Assembly (NCBI GenBank): GCA_965242965.1
Contig: OZ251518.1
Coordinates: 4,224,001-4,288,000 of the forward strand
Direction: 5' to 3'
Length of the DNA stretch: 64,000 nt
Source: Candidatus Poribacteria bacterium
GTDB lineage: Bacteria; Poribacteria; WGA-4E; WGA-3G
Shown: one piece after another, positions 46,675 through 56,332 of the stretch
How the letters are laid out: each line of letters starts with the position of its first letter
Numbering within the stretch: the first letter of the stretch is position 1
Made by a program: the position numbers and the translations under genes
The notes under the pieces: model-generated
What the model was told of the DNA's origin: nothing
What the model saw: only the letters and a program-made list of their open reading frames with translations
The model's database searches: none

Positions 46675-47628
46675 CTAAAGTTGCTTGACAGGATTTGACA
46701 GCGTGCCGAACCCATCAATCTCGATTTCAACCACATCGCCCGCGGCGAGCGGCAAATCGTTCGGAACGATGATGCCGGTGCCTGTGGAGACGACAGTGCC
46801 GAAGGGGATGGGGTTATCCCGCATCAGAAACTCGGTGAGTTGCTCAAACTTCCAATTAATCTGGGAGGTATTCACTTCTCCGGCGTAGACAACGTCTTCG
46901 CCGCGAAGAACGGTGCAACGCATGTCCAAATCGTAAGGATTGTCAACTTCCGAAGTTGTGACGAACATCGGCCCCAAGGCGCAACAGCCGTAAAAGATTT
47001 TCGACTGCGGCAGATAGAGCGGGTTATCGCGTTCAATATCCCACGCGGACACGTCATTGCAGAGCGTGTAGCCGAGTATCTCGCCATCGCTGTCTAAAAC
47101 ATAGGCGAGTTCGGGTTCCGTCGCTGTGAGCGTTGAATCGCTCCGGATGCCGATGAAACCGTTCGGGCCGACGCACCGTGCCGGTGTCGCCTTGAAAAAT
47201 ATCTCGGGCCGAGCAGCGTGATAGACGCGGCTGTAGATATCTTGTTCGCTGTCGTCATCGCGCATGTCCGCGCTCCGTTTGTAGGTAACGCCGCAGCCCC
47301 ACACTTCCGGCGCGTCAATCGGTGCCAAGAGATGCGGGACGTTTTCATCGGGCGCGACATCTAAATCGTGAAAGGTGAGTCCTTCGTTATTCGCTGTGCC
47401 GCGTTCGTCCTCCCCAGGTGGCGGCATCAGTATCGGCGCGGGAGATGATACCTGCTCTTGGATATCCGCGAGCAACACGCCGAGGCTTATCCCCTCCTGA
47501 TAGGCGAGCTCCAACGCTTCTAGCACGCCGGGCGATTCCTCACTGGTGACATCAATCACGTCGGCATCGCGCGTGACAATCCCTACCCGTTTGCCCACCT
47601 GCGGTAGGTGAAATTGAATCAGTTTCAT
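46675..47628 (-). CDS. Fumarylacetoacetate hydrolase-family protein (2-keto-3-deoxy sugar-acid dehydratase-like)
   Basis: EVWGCGVTYKRS, RPEIFFK, EPEL, NDVSAWDIE.DNPLYLPQSK, STGTG. Confidence 0.9.
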   Translation of the reverse strand: MKLIQFHLPQVGKRVGIVTRDADVIDVTSEESPGVLEALELAYQEGISLGVLLADIQEQVSSPAPILMPPPGEDERGTANNEGLTFHDLDVAPDENVPHLLAPIDAPEVWGCGVTYKRSADMRDDDSEQDIYSRVYHAARPEIFFKATPARCVGPNGFIGIRSDSTLTATEPELAYVLDSDGEILGYTLCNDVSAWDIERDNPLYLPQSKIFYGCCALGPMFVTTSEVDNPYDLDMRCTVLRGEDVVYAGEVNTSQINWKFEQLTEFLMRDNPIPFGTVVSTGTGIIVPNDLPLAAGDVVEIEIDGFGTLSNPVKQL

Positions 47629-48254
47629 CGTTCTCCCTCACGGCCTGCCGGGACTAAGTCAGCTTCCTCAAGAAACGCGAGCACGGCACGTGCGCATTCT
47701 TCAAGCGACAAGTCCGCGGTGTTGAGCGTCACTTCCGGTTCAAGCGGTGGTTCGTAGGGCGCGCTGATGCCGGTAAATTCTTTGATTTCGCCGGCGCGGG
47801 CCTTCTTGTATAATCCCTTCGGGTCGCGTTCTTCGCAGACATCCAGCGGACACGCCACAAAAACCTCGGCGAATCTGTCGTCCGGTAGAAGGGCGCGCGC
47901 CTGAGCCCGGTCAGCGCGGTAAGGCGAAATGAACGCTGTCATGACGATGGTGCCGGCATCGACAAACAATTTCGCCACTTCGCCGATGCGGCGGATGTTC
48001 TCCTCCCGGTCCGCCGGGGAAAAACCCAAGTTCTTGTTCAGTCCGTGGCGGACATTGTCGCCATCGAGGACATAAGTGTGGTGCTGCCGTTGGTGCAAGA
48101 GTTGCGCTACGGCGTTCGCCAGCGTCGATTTTCCAGAACCGGAAAGCCCGGTAAACCAAATTACACAGCCTTTCTGGTTCAGCAATTGTTCTCTATCTTG
48201 TGCAGTGACAGTCGTTTGATGCCACGTAATGTCGGTTGCTTTCTGTTGTGCCAA
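47625..48254 (-). CDS. cysC: Adenylyl-sulfate kinase
   Basis: WFTGLSGSGKST, LDGDNVRHGL, RDPKGLYKKA, FTGISAPYE; TTG start after GAGGA. Confidence 0.95.
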   Translation of the reverse strand: MAQQKATDITWHQTTVTAQDREQLLNQKGCVIWFTGLSGSGKSTLANAVAQLLHQRQHHTYVLDGDNVRHGLNKNLGFSPADREENIRRIGEVAKLFVDAGTIVMTAFISPYRADRAQARALLPDDRFAEVFVACPLDVCEERDPKGLYKKARAGEIKEFTGISAPYEPPLEPEVTLNTADLSLEECARAVLAFLEEADLVPAGREGER

Positions 48255-48319
48255 TCGATTTTCCTCACATTCAAAATTTTGAGGCGTTGAGAGGTGCCTC
48301 AATAAAGTCTACGTTATCT

Positions 48320-48348
48320 ATTATATACGATGCATTTTATGATGTCAA
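48320..48348 (-). promoter_or_regulatory. Consensus sigma70 promoter of the cysC operon
   Basis: TTGACA-17-TATAAT on the minus strand. Confidence 0.78.
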
Positions 48349-48381
48349 GTCTTTTTTTAGGAAAAACAGCGGCATTTAGTT

Positions 48382-48968
48382 GAGGATATTTCATATTTCG
48401 ATTTCTTCCCGGTAGGAGAGCCCTCCTGGTCTCGATGTTCCCGTAGCGCGGGGGCCTGTCCCCCGCGAGCGTTGGATTACGCGTGCACGCACGCAGGCGA
48501 GGGACAGGCCCTCGCCCTACGGTGAGGGGGCGTTTTTTATCGTAGCGCGGGGGCCTGTCCCCCGCGAGCTCCATCGTCACGATGTGTGTTTCCCCCTCTG
48601 TAGTTTGTGATCGCCTGATCACAAACGGGTCAGGATCAGGCGATCCTGAACTACAGAGCCTGGCGCGCGAACGATGGCGAGGGACAGGCCCTCGCCCTAC
48701 GGTGAGGGGGCGTTTTTTTCGTAGCGCGGGGGCCTGTCCCCCGCGAGCTCCATCGTCACGATGTGTGTTTCCCGATCTGTAGTTTGTGATCGCCTGATCA
48801 CAAACGGGTCAGGATCAGGCGATCCTGAACTACAGAGCCTGGCGCGCGAACGATGGCGAGGGACAGGCCTTCGCCCTACGATGAAGGGGGGTTTCTGCCG
48901 CCCTATTACATCGAGACCAGGAGGTCTCTCCTACCGGAAGATGTCGAGACGCGGGAGGGCGCGCCTAC
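48382..48968. repeat. REP cluster with 179-bp tandem duplication
   Basis: Near-identical unit at 48541 and 48720; MITE-like end GAGGATATTTCATA at 48382. Confidence 0.88.
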
Positions 48969-49082
48969 ATGAAAAAAATTATTGCTTGCAAATTTTTGGT
49001 GCATGGTTTAAGATATAAATCCGTGGAAGAAGAGGTGCGCGACGCGCATCTTACCTACAATTGTTCTAAAGGAGCAAACATC

Positions 49083-50105
49083 ATGAGGGACGGAAAACTG
49101 AAAGTTGCAGCAGTCGGATGCGGTGGCATCGGCTATCGGCATCAGCTGGGTTACCTCCAACATCCGGGCGCGGAATTGGTGGCAGTATGCGATATCGATG
49201 CCGCGAAGGCGAGAGCCCGCGCCGAAGAACTCGGAGTACCGAAGTGGTACCCGTCGATTCAAGAGATGCTGGCGCACGAAGAATGCGACTTAGTGGACGT
49301 TGTCACGGCAGATCATCTCCATTTTGAACCAGTGATGGAGTGCCTTGAAGCGGGGAAACACGTCATCTCCGAGAAACCACTCGCGCTTCGGATTGAAGAA
49401 GCGGAGAAAATGGTTAAGAAGGCGGAAGAAGTCGGCGTGCATCTTGCGATTGACTACAATCGCCGATTCGCACCCGGCTATGTCCAAGCGAGAAAGTGGT
49501 TCGATGCCGGTGAGATTGGGCAAACCTATTATTTGGATATGAAGTTGGCGCAGGGCGGTCCCGCCTCTACGTGGAAGGGGGAATACTACCTGCTTTACGA
49601 ACTAGAGACGCACGCCATCGATCTACTGCGATGGTTCGGCGGCGAAGTTGTCGCGGTTTGTGCGGAAATGGCGAAACCGAGGCAGCACGAAGCACGCGAC
49701 GGTGAAGACGCTTGCTATACGAGCATGGCCATCTCCTTCCGCTATGAAAATGAGATAGTCGCGACGTTGCTGGCGAGTTGGGATAGCGATTTCATTCATC
49801 CCATTGAACGGCTGGAAATCTGCGGTTCCACAGGCGAGATAGTCGTTGACAACGTCCTCACCCGTGCTACCTTAATGCGGCGCGAGAATCAGGTAGTCGA
49901 AGAATACCGGCCCTCCATTTTTCGGGACGAACAACTCGCGTTTAATGGGACGTTCGCGCTGCGAGTAGCCGCCTTAGTGGACGATTTGCTTACCAACCGG
50001 CCGCCTGAGCCGAGCGGCAGAGACGGGTTACAGGCACTGCGGATTACGGAAGCCATCGTCGAATCGTGGCAGGAGAAACGGGAAATCAAGGTTCGCATCG
50101 ATTAA
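49083..50105 (+). CDS. Gfo/Idh/MocA family oxidoreductase
   Basis: VAAVGCGGIG, GKHVISEKP, YNRRF and HAID motifs. Confidence 0.92.
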   Translation: MRDGKLKVAAVGCGGIGYRHQLGYLQHPGAELVAVCDIDAAKARARAEELGVPKWYPSIQEMLAHEECDLVDVVTADHLHFEPVMECLEAGKHVISEKPLALRIEEAEKMVKKAEEVGVHLAIDYNRRFAPGYVQARKWFDAGEIGQTYYLDMKLAQGGPASTWKGEYYLLYELETHAIDLLRWFGGEVVAVCAEMAKPRQHEARDGEDACYTSMAISFRYENEIVATLLASWDSDFIHPIERLEICGSTGEIVVDNVLTRATLMRRENQVVEEYRPSIFRDEQLAFNGTFALRVAALVDDLLTNRPPEPSGRDGLQALRITEAIVESWQEKREIKVRID

Positions 50106-50122
50106 ACGGAGGCGTGAAACAC

Positions 50123-50737
50123 ATGAAGAAACTTTTTTTGATTTTTGCATTAACGTTCTGGGTGCTCAGCTGCGGGCCGCCGCCGCAAACCGGAAAGTTC
50201 TATGTCCCAGAAGTCGCGACGACAAGTAAGACGCGCGCCGGACAGGAACCGGCGAGTCTCCCCGCATCTGGACTAGTAGACTTGCGGAAGATGCCTTATG
50301 TCCGCAATGTTTTCAAAACGCCGCTGCGCCCCGGCAATGGTGGCCTTGACGATATTTTCGCGACACTGCGCAGCCAAGTGGATAACATCGCGATTATCTC
50401 CAACGGTTCGTTGGATGTCCTGAAGGCATTTATCGCCGAGGGGTGGGCACCCATTGTGCTACTCCGAAGTCAACGGAGTCAGGAGGTGTTGTCCGTTGTC
50501 CGCTACAACGACAGCGCAAGCGAATTATACCTCCAAAATCCGAACAACCTTTCTGAGCGTCGGATGAGTTACGAAGATTTTGGGAAGGCTTGGGCGGCCT
50601 CGCGTTCAAAGTGTCTCTTGATTACCGCGCAGAACCTTTCGGAGGCGAAAATCCAAGAGGTTTTGGGGGGCTATCTTCCGGCGGCATCATTCGGTTCGCT
50701 CAACGTGAGAAGCAAGCGGCATGCGTATCGGAAATAA
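50123..50737 (+). CDS. Lipoprotein with degenerate C39 peptidase-like fold
   Basis: Lipobox VLSC; G.APIVL...VVRYND....YLQNP...MSYEDF.KAW pattern. Confidence 0.65.
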   Translation: MKKLFLIFALTFWVLSCGPPPQTGKFYVPEVATTSKTRAGQEPASLPASGLVDLRKMPYVRNVFKTPLRPGNGGLDDIFATLRSQVDNIAIISNGSLDVLKAFIAEGWAPIVLLRSQRSQEVLSVVRYNDSASELYLQNPNNLSERRMSYEDFGKAWAASRSKCLLITAQNLSEAKIQEVLGGYLPAASFGSLNVRSKRHAYRK

Positions 50738-50741
50738 GCGT

Positions 50742-51296
50742 GAGGGGTTTCATAAATCCGTTTCGGTATTTATCCCCCGAATACCGAGCCCTCTTGGTAG
50801 GAGGGACATCCTTGTCCCGATACGGAAATCGAGACCAGGAGGTCTCTCCTACGGGTGTTTGTCGAGACCGGGAGGTCTCTCCTACGGGGAAGGCATTAAT
50901 ATGAGGGTGTTTCATAAATCGCTCAACGTCGCGGTGAAAGTCCCCGCGCTACGGTGAAAAAAACGCCGCCCTTCACGTAGGGCGAGGGCCTGTCCCTCGC
51001 CATGCTGCGGTCTACTAGAAACTCGCGGGGGACAGGCCCCCGCGCTACGGTAAAAAACGGTCCCCTTCACCGTAGAGCTAGGGCCCTCGGATGCCACACG
51101 CGCATGCGAACGGGTTTCCCTCGCCATGCGTTTGGCTGTCGACCGCATCACCTTTGTAGGTCAGGATCGCCTGATCCTGACCCGTTCGGGATCAAGCGAT
51201 CCCGAACTACAGAGGTGGGCCCGATGCATTCCAGTAGGAGAGACATCGAGACCAGGAGGTCTCTCCTACCAAGAAGGCATTGATATATGAAACTTG
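50742..51296. mobile_element. Nested or tandem MITE-REP composite
   Basis: TIR-like ends at 50742 (reverse of right end), 50903 (left end) and a degenerate end at ~51286; REP cargo between them. Confidence 0.7.
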
Positions 51297-51315
51297 CGAA
51301 TAAGGAGGTTTAACT

Positions 51316-52116
51316 ATGGCAAAGGAAACGACGCAATGTGATGGCATCCCAACTCATCCGTTTCCGCCCATGCGCCCCGCTGTCACAATTGTCGAGAGTT
51401 CCAAAAAAATCGTCGCGGTTGATTGTCCGGAACTCCAATGGTGGTTCGCTGTCCCTCGGCTCGGCGAACGTTATGTTTGGGCGACTTATGATGCCGAAAC
51501 GTTGCGACTCGCCGCCGTAACGGAATTGATTTCTACCACGCCTGCAACGATTCAGGACATTGCCTGTGTAGAAATCCGCGTGAAGGAATGGACGCATAAC
51601 GACTGGCCGGCATGCCCGGAATGGTTTTATGCTGTGCTAGACGAAGAATACACACGTTGGCTGTCCATCGCCTGGATGGAAGAGGGAAAAAAGGTTTCCT
51701 ATTCCCTCGGCGACGATGGGTTTGAAGGGCAGTGGGGTGAACTGACGCAACGGCGTATCGTTGACGATGGACGGTACCAACTTCAACCTGACGGTGCCTA
51801 TAGGCTTACTGACAAGCAGGGACTCGGCGCGGGGACTTATGACGTGACGATAGGTGAGAGAACCTTCACGTGTCTCCGCGTCTTGGATGTTGATATTTCT
51901 GAACCGCACGGGGGAGAACTTGCAGAAGTTTTCATTGAAAGCGGCGGCCGCACCGTTTTTTTTAGACGCTACGATGGACAACATCTCCGTGGACACGATT
52001 TGGTGAAGAAGTTTCCTAACAATCGCCGCATTGTGATTAACGATGTCACGTATGTCCACGCCGACTGCACTGGCTGGGCCCATGATACCGTTCCGGAGAT
52101 GGCACTTCGTCCATAA
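51316..52116 (+). CDS. Hypothetical protein
   Basis: TAAGGAGG RBS; 266 aa open frame; no family recognised. Confidence 0.75.
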   Translation: MAKETTQCDGIPTHPFPPMRPAVTIVESSKKIVAVDCPELQWWFAVPRLGERYVWATYDAETLRLAAVTELISTTPATIQDIACVEIRVKEWTHNDWPACPEWFYAVLDEEYTRWLSIAWMEEGKKVSYSLGDDGFEGQWGELTQRRIVDDGRYQLQPDGAYRLTDKQGLGAGTYDVTIGERTFTCLRVLDVDISEPHGGELAEVFIESGGRTVFFRRYDGQHLRGHDLVKKFPNNRRIVINDVTYVHADCTGWAHDTVPEMALRP

Positions 52117-52148
52117 AATGTTTGAACGATAAGGAGAACTATCTGTCC

Positions 52149-54362
52149 ATGATGACTTACCCGTATTACTTATCCGGATGGCGGGTGCTCAGAAAATGCT
52201 TTTTGCTGTCGTGTCTGTGGTTCGTATGTTCTCCCACTAATGGGGTAGATGCCCAGACTGCACCGCCAGAGCACCGCATTTCACCCCACCGAATCTCCGA
52301 GAGTATCAAGATTGATGGGAATCTTGACGAACCCGCTTGGCAAAATGCGGAACCGATAACGCAACTGTTGCAAATCCAGCCGAACCAAGGGGAGCCGATG
52401 ACAGAAGCGTCAGAAATACGGCTGCTTTACGATGAGAAGCATCTCTACTTCGGCTTCATCTTTTTTGATTCAGAGATGGATAAAATCGTTGCAAACGAGA
52501 TGCGCCGAGATGCCAGCGGTTTGCGTTCCAATGACTACGGTTTTTTGATTTTGGATACCTACAATGACAGGCGCAACGCTGTCTTCTTCCGTCTCACACC
52601 TCTCGGCGGCATGGAGGACACAGCGGTGTCAAATAGTGGCGATAGCCTCAACGGGAATTGGGATATCGTGTGGACGTATCGTGCCAAAATCAATGCGGAT
52701 AATTGGACAGGGGAGCTCGCTATACCGTTCAGTCAACTCCGTTTTGCGCGTAGCGATGTGATGACGTGGGGGATAAACTTCGGGCGTGATATCGCGCGGA
52801 AGCGGGAGATTGGCGCGTGGAATCCCGCGCCGAAGACTTACGGCCCCCTCGGAAAATACCGCACCGCCTATTTTGGTAGCCTTGAGGGATTAGAGGGCAT
52901 CTCGCCATCAGCGCACACGGAAGTGCTGTCTTATGTGTTGCCGGGGGCGAGTCACGTCAGGACAGAAACGCGAACCGATAGCGTGTTTGAGGCAGGGTTG
53001 GACCTCAAATACGCTATCACCTCAAATCTCACCGCGGATCTGACACTCAACACCGACTTCGCTCAAGTGGAGGCAGACGAGGAGCAGGTGAATCTCACCC
53101 GTTTCAGCCTCTTTTTCCCGGAGCAACGTCCCTTCTTTCTTGAAGGGGCTAGCCTCTTTGATGTCGGTGTGCCGCGTCCCAGTTTCCGTCGGCCGCCGCC
53201 TTTGCTACTTTTTTACAGCCGCCGGATTGGGCTTGCACAGGGCCGCGCTATTCCGATTATCGCCGGTGGCAAAATAGCCGGGAAAGCAGGGCCTTACGGC
53301 ATCGGGATACTGAACGTCTTCACCAACGAATTCCGGGAGGATGAGATTGATGAACCGCGCACGAATTACTCTGTCGTGCGCGTCACCCGCGACCTCTTCA
53401 GCGGTTCCACGGTGGGTGGTATCCTCATCAACAAGCAGGACGCGGATGCCTACAATCGCGCGGCGGTTCTCGATTTTGCCTATCGTCCGACGAGAAGTTT
53501 GGATATCCGTGGGCTGTGGGCTCGCACGTTTGAAGAAGAGGTCACAGCGCGGAACAACGCCTTCTATTTCGGTGGCGATTGGCAAAATAACCTCTTTCAG
53601 TTGGCTGGTTCCTATACGGACATCGGTGAGGATTTTAATCCGGCAGTTGGGTATGTTCGCCGCGGTGGCATTCGCCATATCCGCGGTGACATGCGTTACA
53701 CGCCGTGGCCCCGCAAGTTCGGGATTCGCAATATTGAGACGGGACCCGAGGTGGACTTTATTCTCAATCAAGAGAATGAGTTGGAAACCTTGGATGTTGT
53801 GTTGGATACCTCGTTTGAATTGGAAACTGGAGATAGCATTGGGTTTGACGTTCGGCATACGCGGGAGCATCTGGCGCAAGATTTTCACATCCAAGATGTC
53901 ATCATCCCCAGCGGCGACTACGATTTTACGACGGTTCAAGCATCGCTGCGCGCGAGCAGCAGTCGGAACATTTTCGGGGAACTGCGCGTCGAAGTCGGGC
54001 AATTTTTTGATGGCACTCGGCGCGGTTTTGCTATTGATGCAACGATGAAACCAACCGCGCGGCTGAGCATTCAACCGCTGTTGGAGTTTAACCGCATCAC
54101 GCTGCCTGCATCGGCGTTCAACGCCAGCATTTTCGGCGGACGGATCAGTTATTCCTTTTCGACAACCCTTTTCACCAAGTTGTTCGCGCAATGGAGTAGT
54201 GACAGGGAAGTGATGTCTACCAACATTTTATTCAACTACATCTACCGTCCTGGCAGCGATTTCTACCTCGTTTTCAACCAGAATTACGATACAGGCGAGG
54301 GAAGTTTAGCGTTATTGGACTGGACCATCGTTGGGAAGGTGACGTATTGGTGGAATCCTTAA
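52149..54362 (+). CDS. CBM9-like + DUF5916-type outer-membrane protein
   Basis: IDGNLDEPAW, TLNTDFAQVEAD, RFSLFFPEQRPFFLEG, FYSRRIG; aromatic beta-barrel-like C-terminus. Confidence 0.88.
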   Translation: MMTYPYYLSGWRVLRKCFLLSCLWFVCSPTNGVDAQTAPPEHRISPHRISESIKIDGNLDEPAWQNAEPITQLLQIQPNQGEPMTEASEIRLLYDEKHLYFGFIFFDSEMDKIVANEMRRDASGLRSNDYGFLILDTYNDRRNAVFFRLTPLGGMEDTAVSNSGDSLNGNWDIVWTYRAKINADNWTGELAIPFSQLRFARSDVMTWGINFGRDIARKREIGAWNPAPKTYGPLGKYRTAYFGSLEGLEGISPSAHTEVLSYVLPGASHVRTETRTDSVFEAGLDLKYAITSNLTADLTLNTDFAQVEADEEQVNLTRFSLFFPEQRPFFLEGASLFDVGVPRPSFRRPPPLLLFYSRRIGLAQGRAIPIIAGGKIAGKAGPYGIGILNVFTNEFREDEIDEPRTNYSVVRVTRDLFSGSTVGGILINKQDADAYNRAAVLDFAYRPTRSLDIRGLWARTFEEEVTARNNAFYFGGDWQNNLFQLAGSYTDIGEDFNPAVGYVRRGGIRHIRGDMRYTPWPRKFGIRNIETGPEVDFILNQENELETLDVVLDTSFELETGDSIGFDVRHTREHLAQDFHIQDVIIPSGDYDFTTVQASLRASSSRNIFGELRVEVGQFFDGTRRGFAIDATMKPTARLSIQPLLEFNRITLPASAFNASIFGGRISYSFSTTLFTKLFAQWSSDREVMSTNILFNYIYRPGSDFYLVFNQNYDTGEGSLALLDWTIVGKVTYWWNP

Positions 54363-54509
54363 TGGCGGGGGCCAGCCCCTCGCGGGTGTCTCAGGTACCG
54401 TAGCGCGGGGGCCTGTCCCCCGCGATCTTCCGATAGACCGCGGCATGGCGAGGGACAGGCCCTCGTCCTACGTGAAGGGGCGGCGTTTTTTTATTCCATC
54501 ATTTTCTCC

Positions 54510-54538
54510 TTGACAAATTTATTTGGATAATGTATCCT
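54510..54538 (+). promoter_or_regulatory. Putative promoter of the Rpn gene
   Basis: TTGACA-17-TATCCT with TG before the -10. Confidence 0.5.
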
Positions 54539-54603
54539 ATTAATAGCAGCCGTCCCAAACGCGAGCGGCATGTATTTAATCCATTTTTTCAACAGGAGGG
54601 TTT

Positions 54604-55512
54604 ATGGTATCTTTTGACAGTGCCTCGAAACGCGTCATGCAACTGCATCCACGCGATTTCGTGGCCTTCGCCTTCAACCTACGAGGCATTCGCCCCGATG
54701 AGTTCTCCGACGTAGAACTCATCACGCCGGAACTTCCCGCCGTGGATATGCGCCAAGCGGATGTGCTCATCAAAGTGAACCTGCGCGGGACAGATGTGTT
54801 GGTGCATTTCGAGATTCAGACGACAGATAGTTTCGATCCGCCGATGGCCCTGCGAATGGCGGGGTATATCATCCGGTTGATAGAGAAATATCGGATGGAT
54901 GTGTATTCGCATGTGATTTATCTGCGGCCGGATGCCGGTGTGCAGGATGTGGGTTTCTTTGCTCAGGAGATTGTCGGGCATCAGGTGTTGATAGAATACG
55001 AAGTTATCCGCTTGGCCGATTTGGAAGGGCAGGCGATTCTGGATGCGCAGCTGCCCGGTTTGTTGCCGTTCACGCCGTTGATGCGGCCGGCGGCAGATGT
55101 CTCTGCTGATGCTTGGCTTCAGCGATGCATTGAAGCCGTTGATAGTCTGTCTGTGCCGCACAAGTTGGACCTGTTAGGTAGTTTGGCGGCGTTGGCCAGC
55201 GCGATTTATGACATTGCGACGATTTCCGAGATGATAAGGAGGACAACGATGGAAGCGATACCGATTGTCGAATACTGGGGCGCGCAAGCCGCAAACGAAC
55301 GCTCGCGGGAACATATCCTGGAGTTGCTGGAAGCGCGGTTGGATCCGGATGTTGCGGTTGCGTTCAAGCCGGCGTTGGAATCGATTGAAAACGCGCAACT
55401 GCTGGCTGAGTTAGTGCGTGCGGCGGCCCTGGCCGATTCCGTGGCCGACTTCCAAAAGGTTTTGGATGCCACCAGCGATGGCGCAGGGAACGGTGCGGCC
55501 GGGCAAAGTTAA
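54604..55512 (+). CDS. Rpn/YhgA-like PD-(D/E)XK nuclease (putative transposase family)
   Basis: FDSASK, RQADVL, HFEIQT, MALRMAGY, VIYL, YEVIRL, LLPFTPL; AGGAGG RBS. Confidence 0.85.
   Translation: MVSFDSASKRVMQLHPRDFVAFAFNLRGIRPDEFSDVELITPELPAVDMRQADVLIKVNLRGTDVLVHFEIQTTDSFDPPMALRMAGYIIRLIEKYRMDVYSHVIYLRPDAGVQDVGFFAQEIVGHQVLIEYEVIRLADLEGQAILDAQLPGLLPFTPLMRPAADVSADAWLQRCIEAVDSLSVPHKLDLLGSLAALASAIYDIATISEMIRRTTMEAIPIVEYWGAQAANERSREHILELLEARLDPDVAVAFKPALESIENAQLLAELVRAAALADSVADFQKVLDATSDGAGNGAAGQS
55249..55512 (+). CDS. Putative in-frame intragenic small protein (RpnS-like antitoxin), 87 aa
   Basis: TAAGGAGG-ACAACG-ATG inside the Rpn ORF, in frame. Confidence 0.6.
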   Translation: MEAIPIVEYWGAQAANERSREHILELLEARLDPDVAVAFKPALESIENAQLLAELVRAAALADSVADFQKVLDATSDGAGNGAAGQS

Positions 55513-55539
55513 GCCGCCGCACCCGCACGCGCCTCGATG

Positions 55540-55745
55540 ACCGTAGCGCGGGGGTTTGTCCCCCGCGATCTTCCGATAGACCGCAGCATGGCGAGGGACA
55601 GGCCCTCGCCCTACGATGATAAAAAAGGTCTATTACACCGTAGCGCGGTGGCCTGTCCCCCGCGATCTCTCACGCGCGCGATACCCCCGGCGAGGGAAAC
55701 CCGCTCGCATGCGCGTGTGGCATGCGAGGGCCCAAGCCCTACGTG
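55540..55745. repeat. REP cluster
   Basis: Two REPIN-like pairs; 55540-55615 nearly repeats 54397-54472, so similar pairs flank the Rpn gene. Confidence 0.8.
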
Positions 55746-55778
55746 AAGGGCCGGCGTTTTTTCACCGATAAAAAATCC

Positions 55779-55866
55779 TTGACAAAAACGCCAAAATAAA
55801 TTAACATTAAAAATATCCTGCGACATGTGATTTTAATTTGACATTCCGCAGAAAATGTGGTATACT
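55779..55866 (+). promoter_or_regulatory. Tandem sigma70-type promoters
   Basis: TTGACA-17-TAACAT (55779) and TTGACA-17-TATACT (55838). Confidence 0.7.
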
Positions 55867-56134
55867 ATTAACGTCTAAAGTATCTGGTGCAAGAATCTGT
55901 CAACTCGACCCGGTTGAGGCTAGAAATATGAACATTCTAACGTGTGCTCCCGACAATTCCATAACCGCGGCCCCGCCGCCGCGCCAATTGCACGCGCCGC
56001 ATCCGTGCAGGGGGAGTCTTGCATCGAGACCGCGATGGCGCGCCGATGATGCTGATGCACCAGAGATAAGGATTACCCCCCCCCTACACAAACGTTAACG
56101 ATTACGTATCTCTGCACGCGCAGACAAACCGAAC

Positions 56135-56252
56135 ACCCTCTTGGACAACGCTCCCGCAAAAGAGCCCCCAAGGGGCTATTTGTGTTGCACCGCATACCCT
56201 CTTGGACAACGCTCCTGCAAAGGAGCCTCCAAGGGGCTTTTCGCGTTGCACC
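56135..56252 (+). repeat. Tandem structured ~61-bp repeat in the 5' leader
   Basis: ACCCTCTTGGACAACGCTCC..GCAA..GAGC..CCAAGGGGCT..GTTGCACC occurs twice. Confidence 0.8.
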
Positions 56253-56332
56253 AAAATGATGATGACAGCGCGGTTGCAAACCGCGCCGCCAGGGGCTGCG
56301 TCAGCTCCCGAAGTCAAAAGGAGAAATGTTTC

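Noticed and set aside
48497-48880. REP clusters as additional CRISPR arrays
   Set aside because: Units alternate in orientation, the intervening sequences are themselves repeated, and there is no leader or constant period
53205-54191. 328-aa minus-strand and 235-aa alternative-frame ORFs
   Set aside because: Overlap the well-supported DUF5916-type gene and have no recognisable motifs
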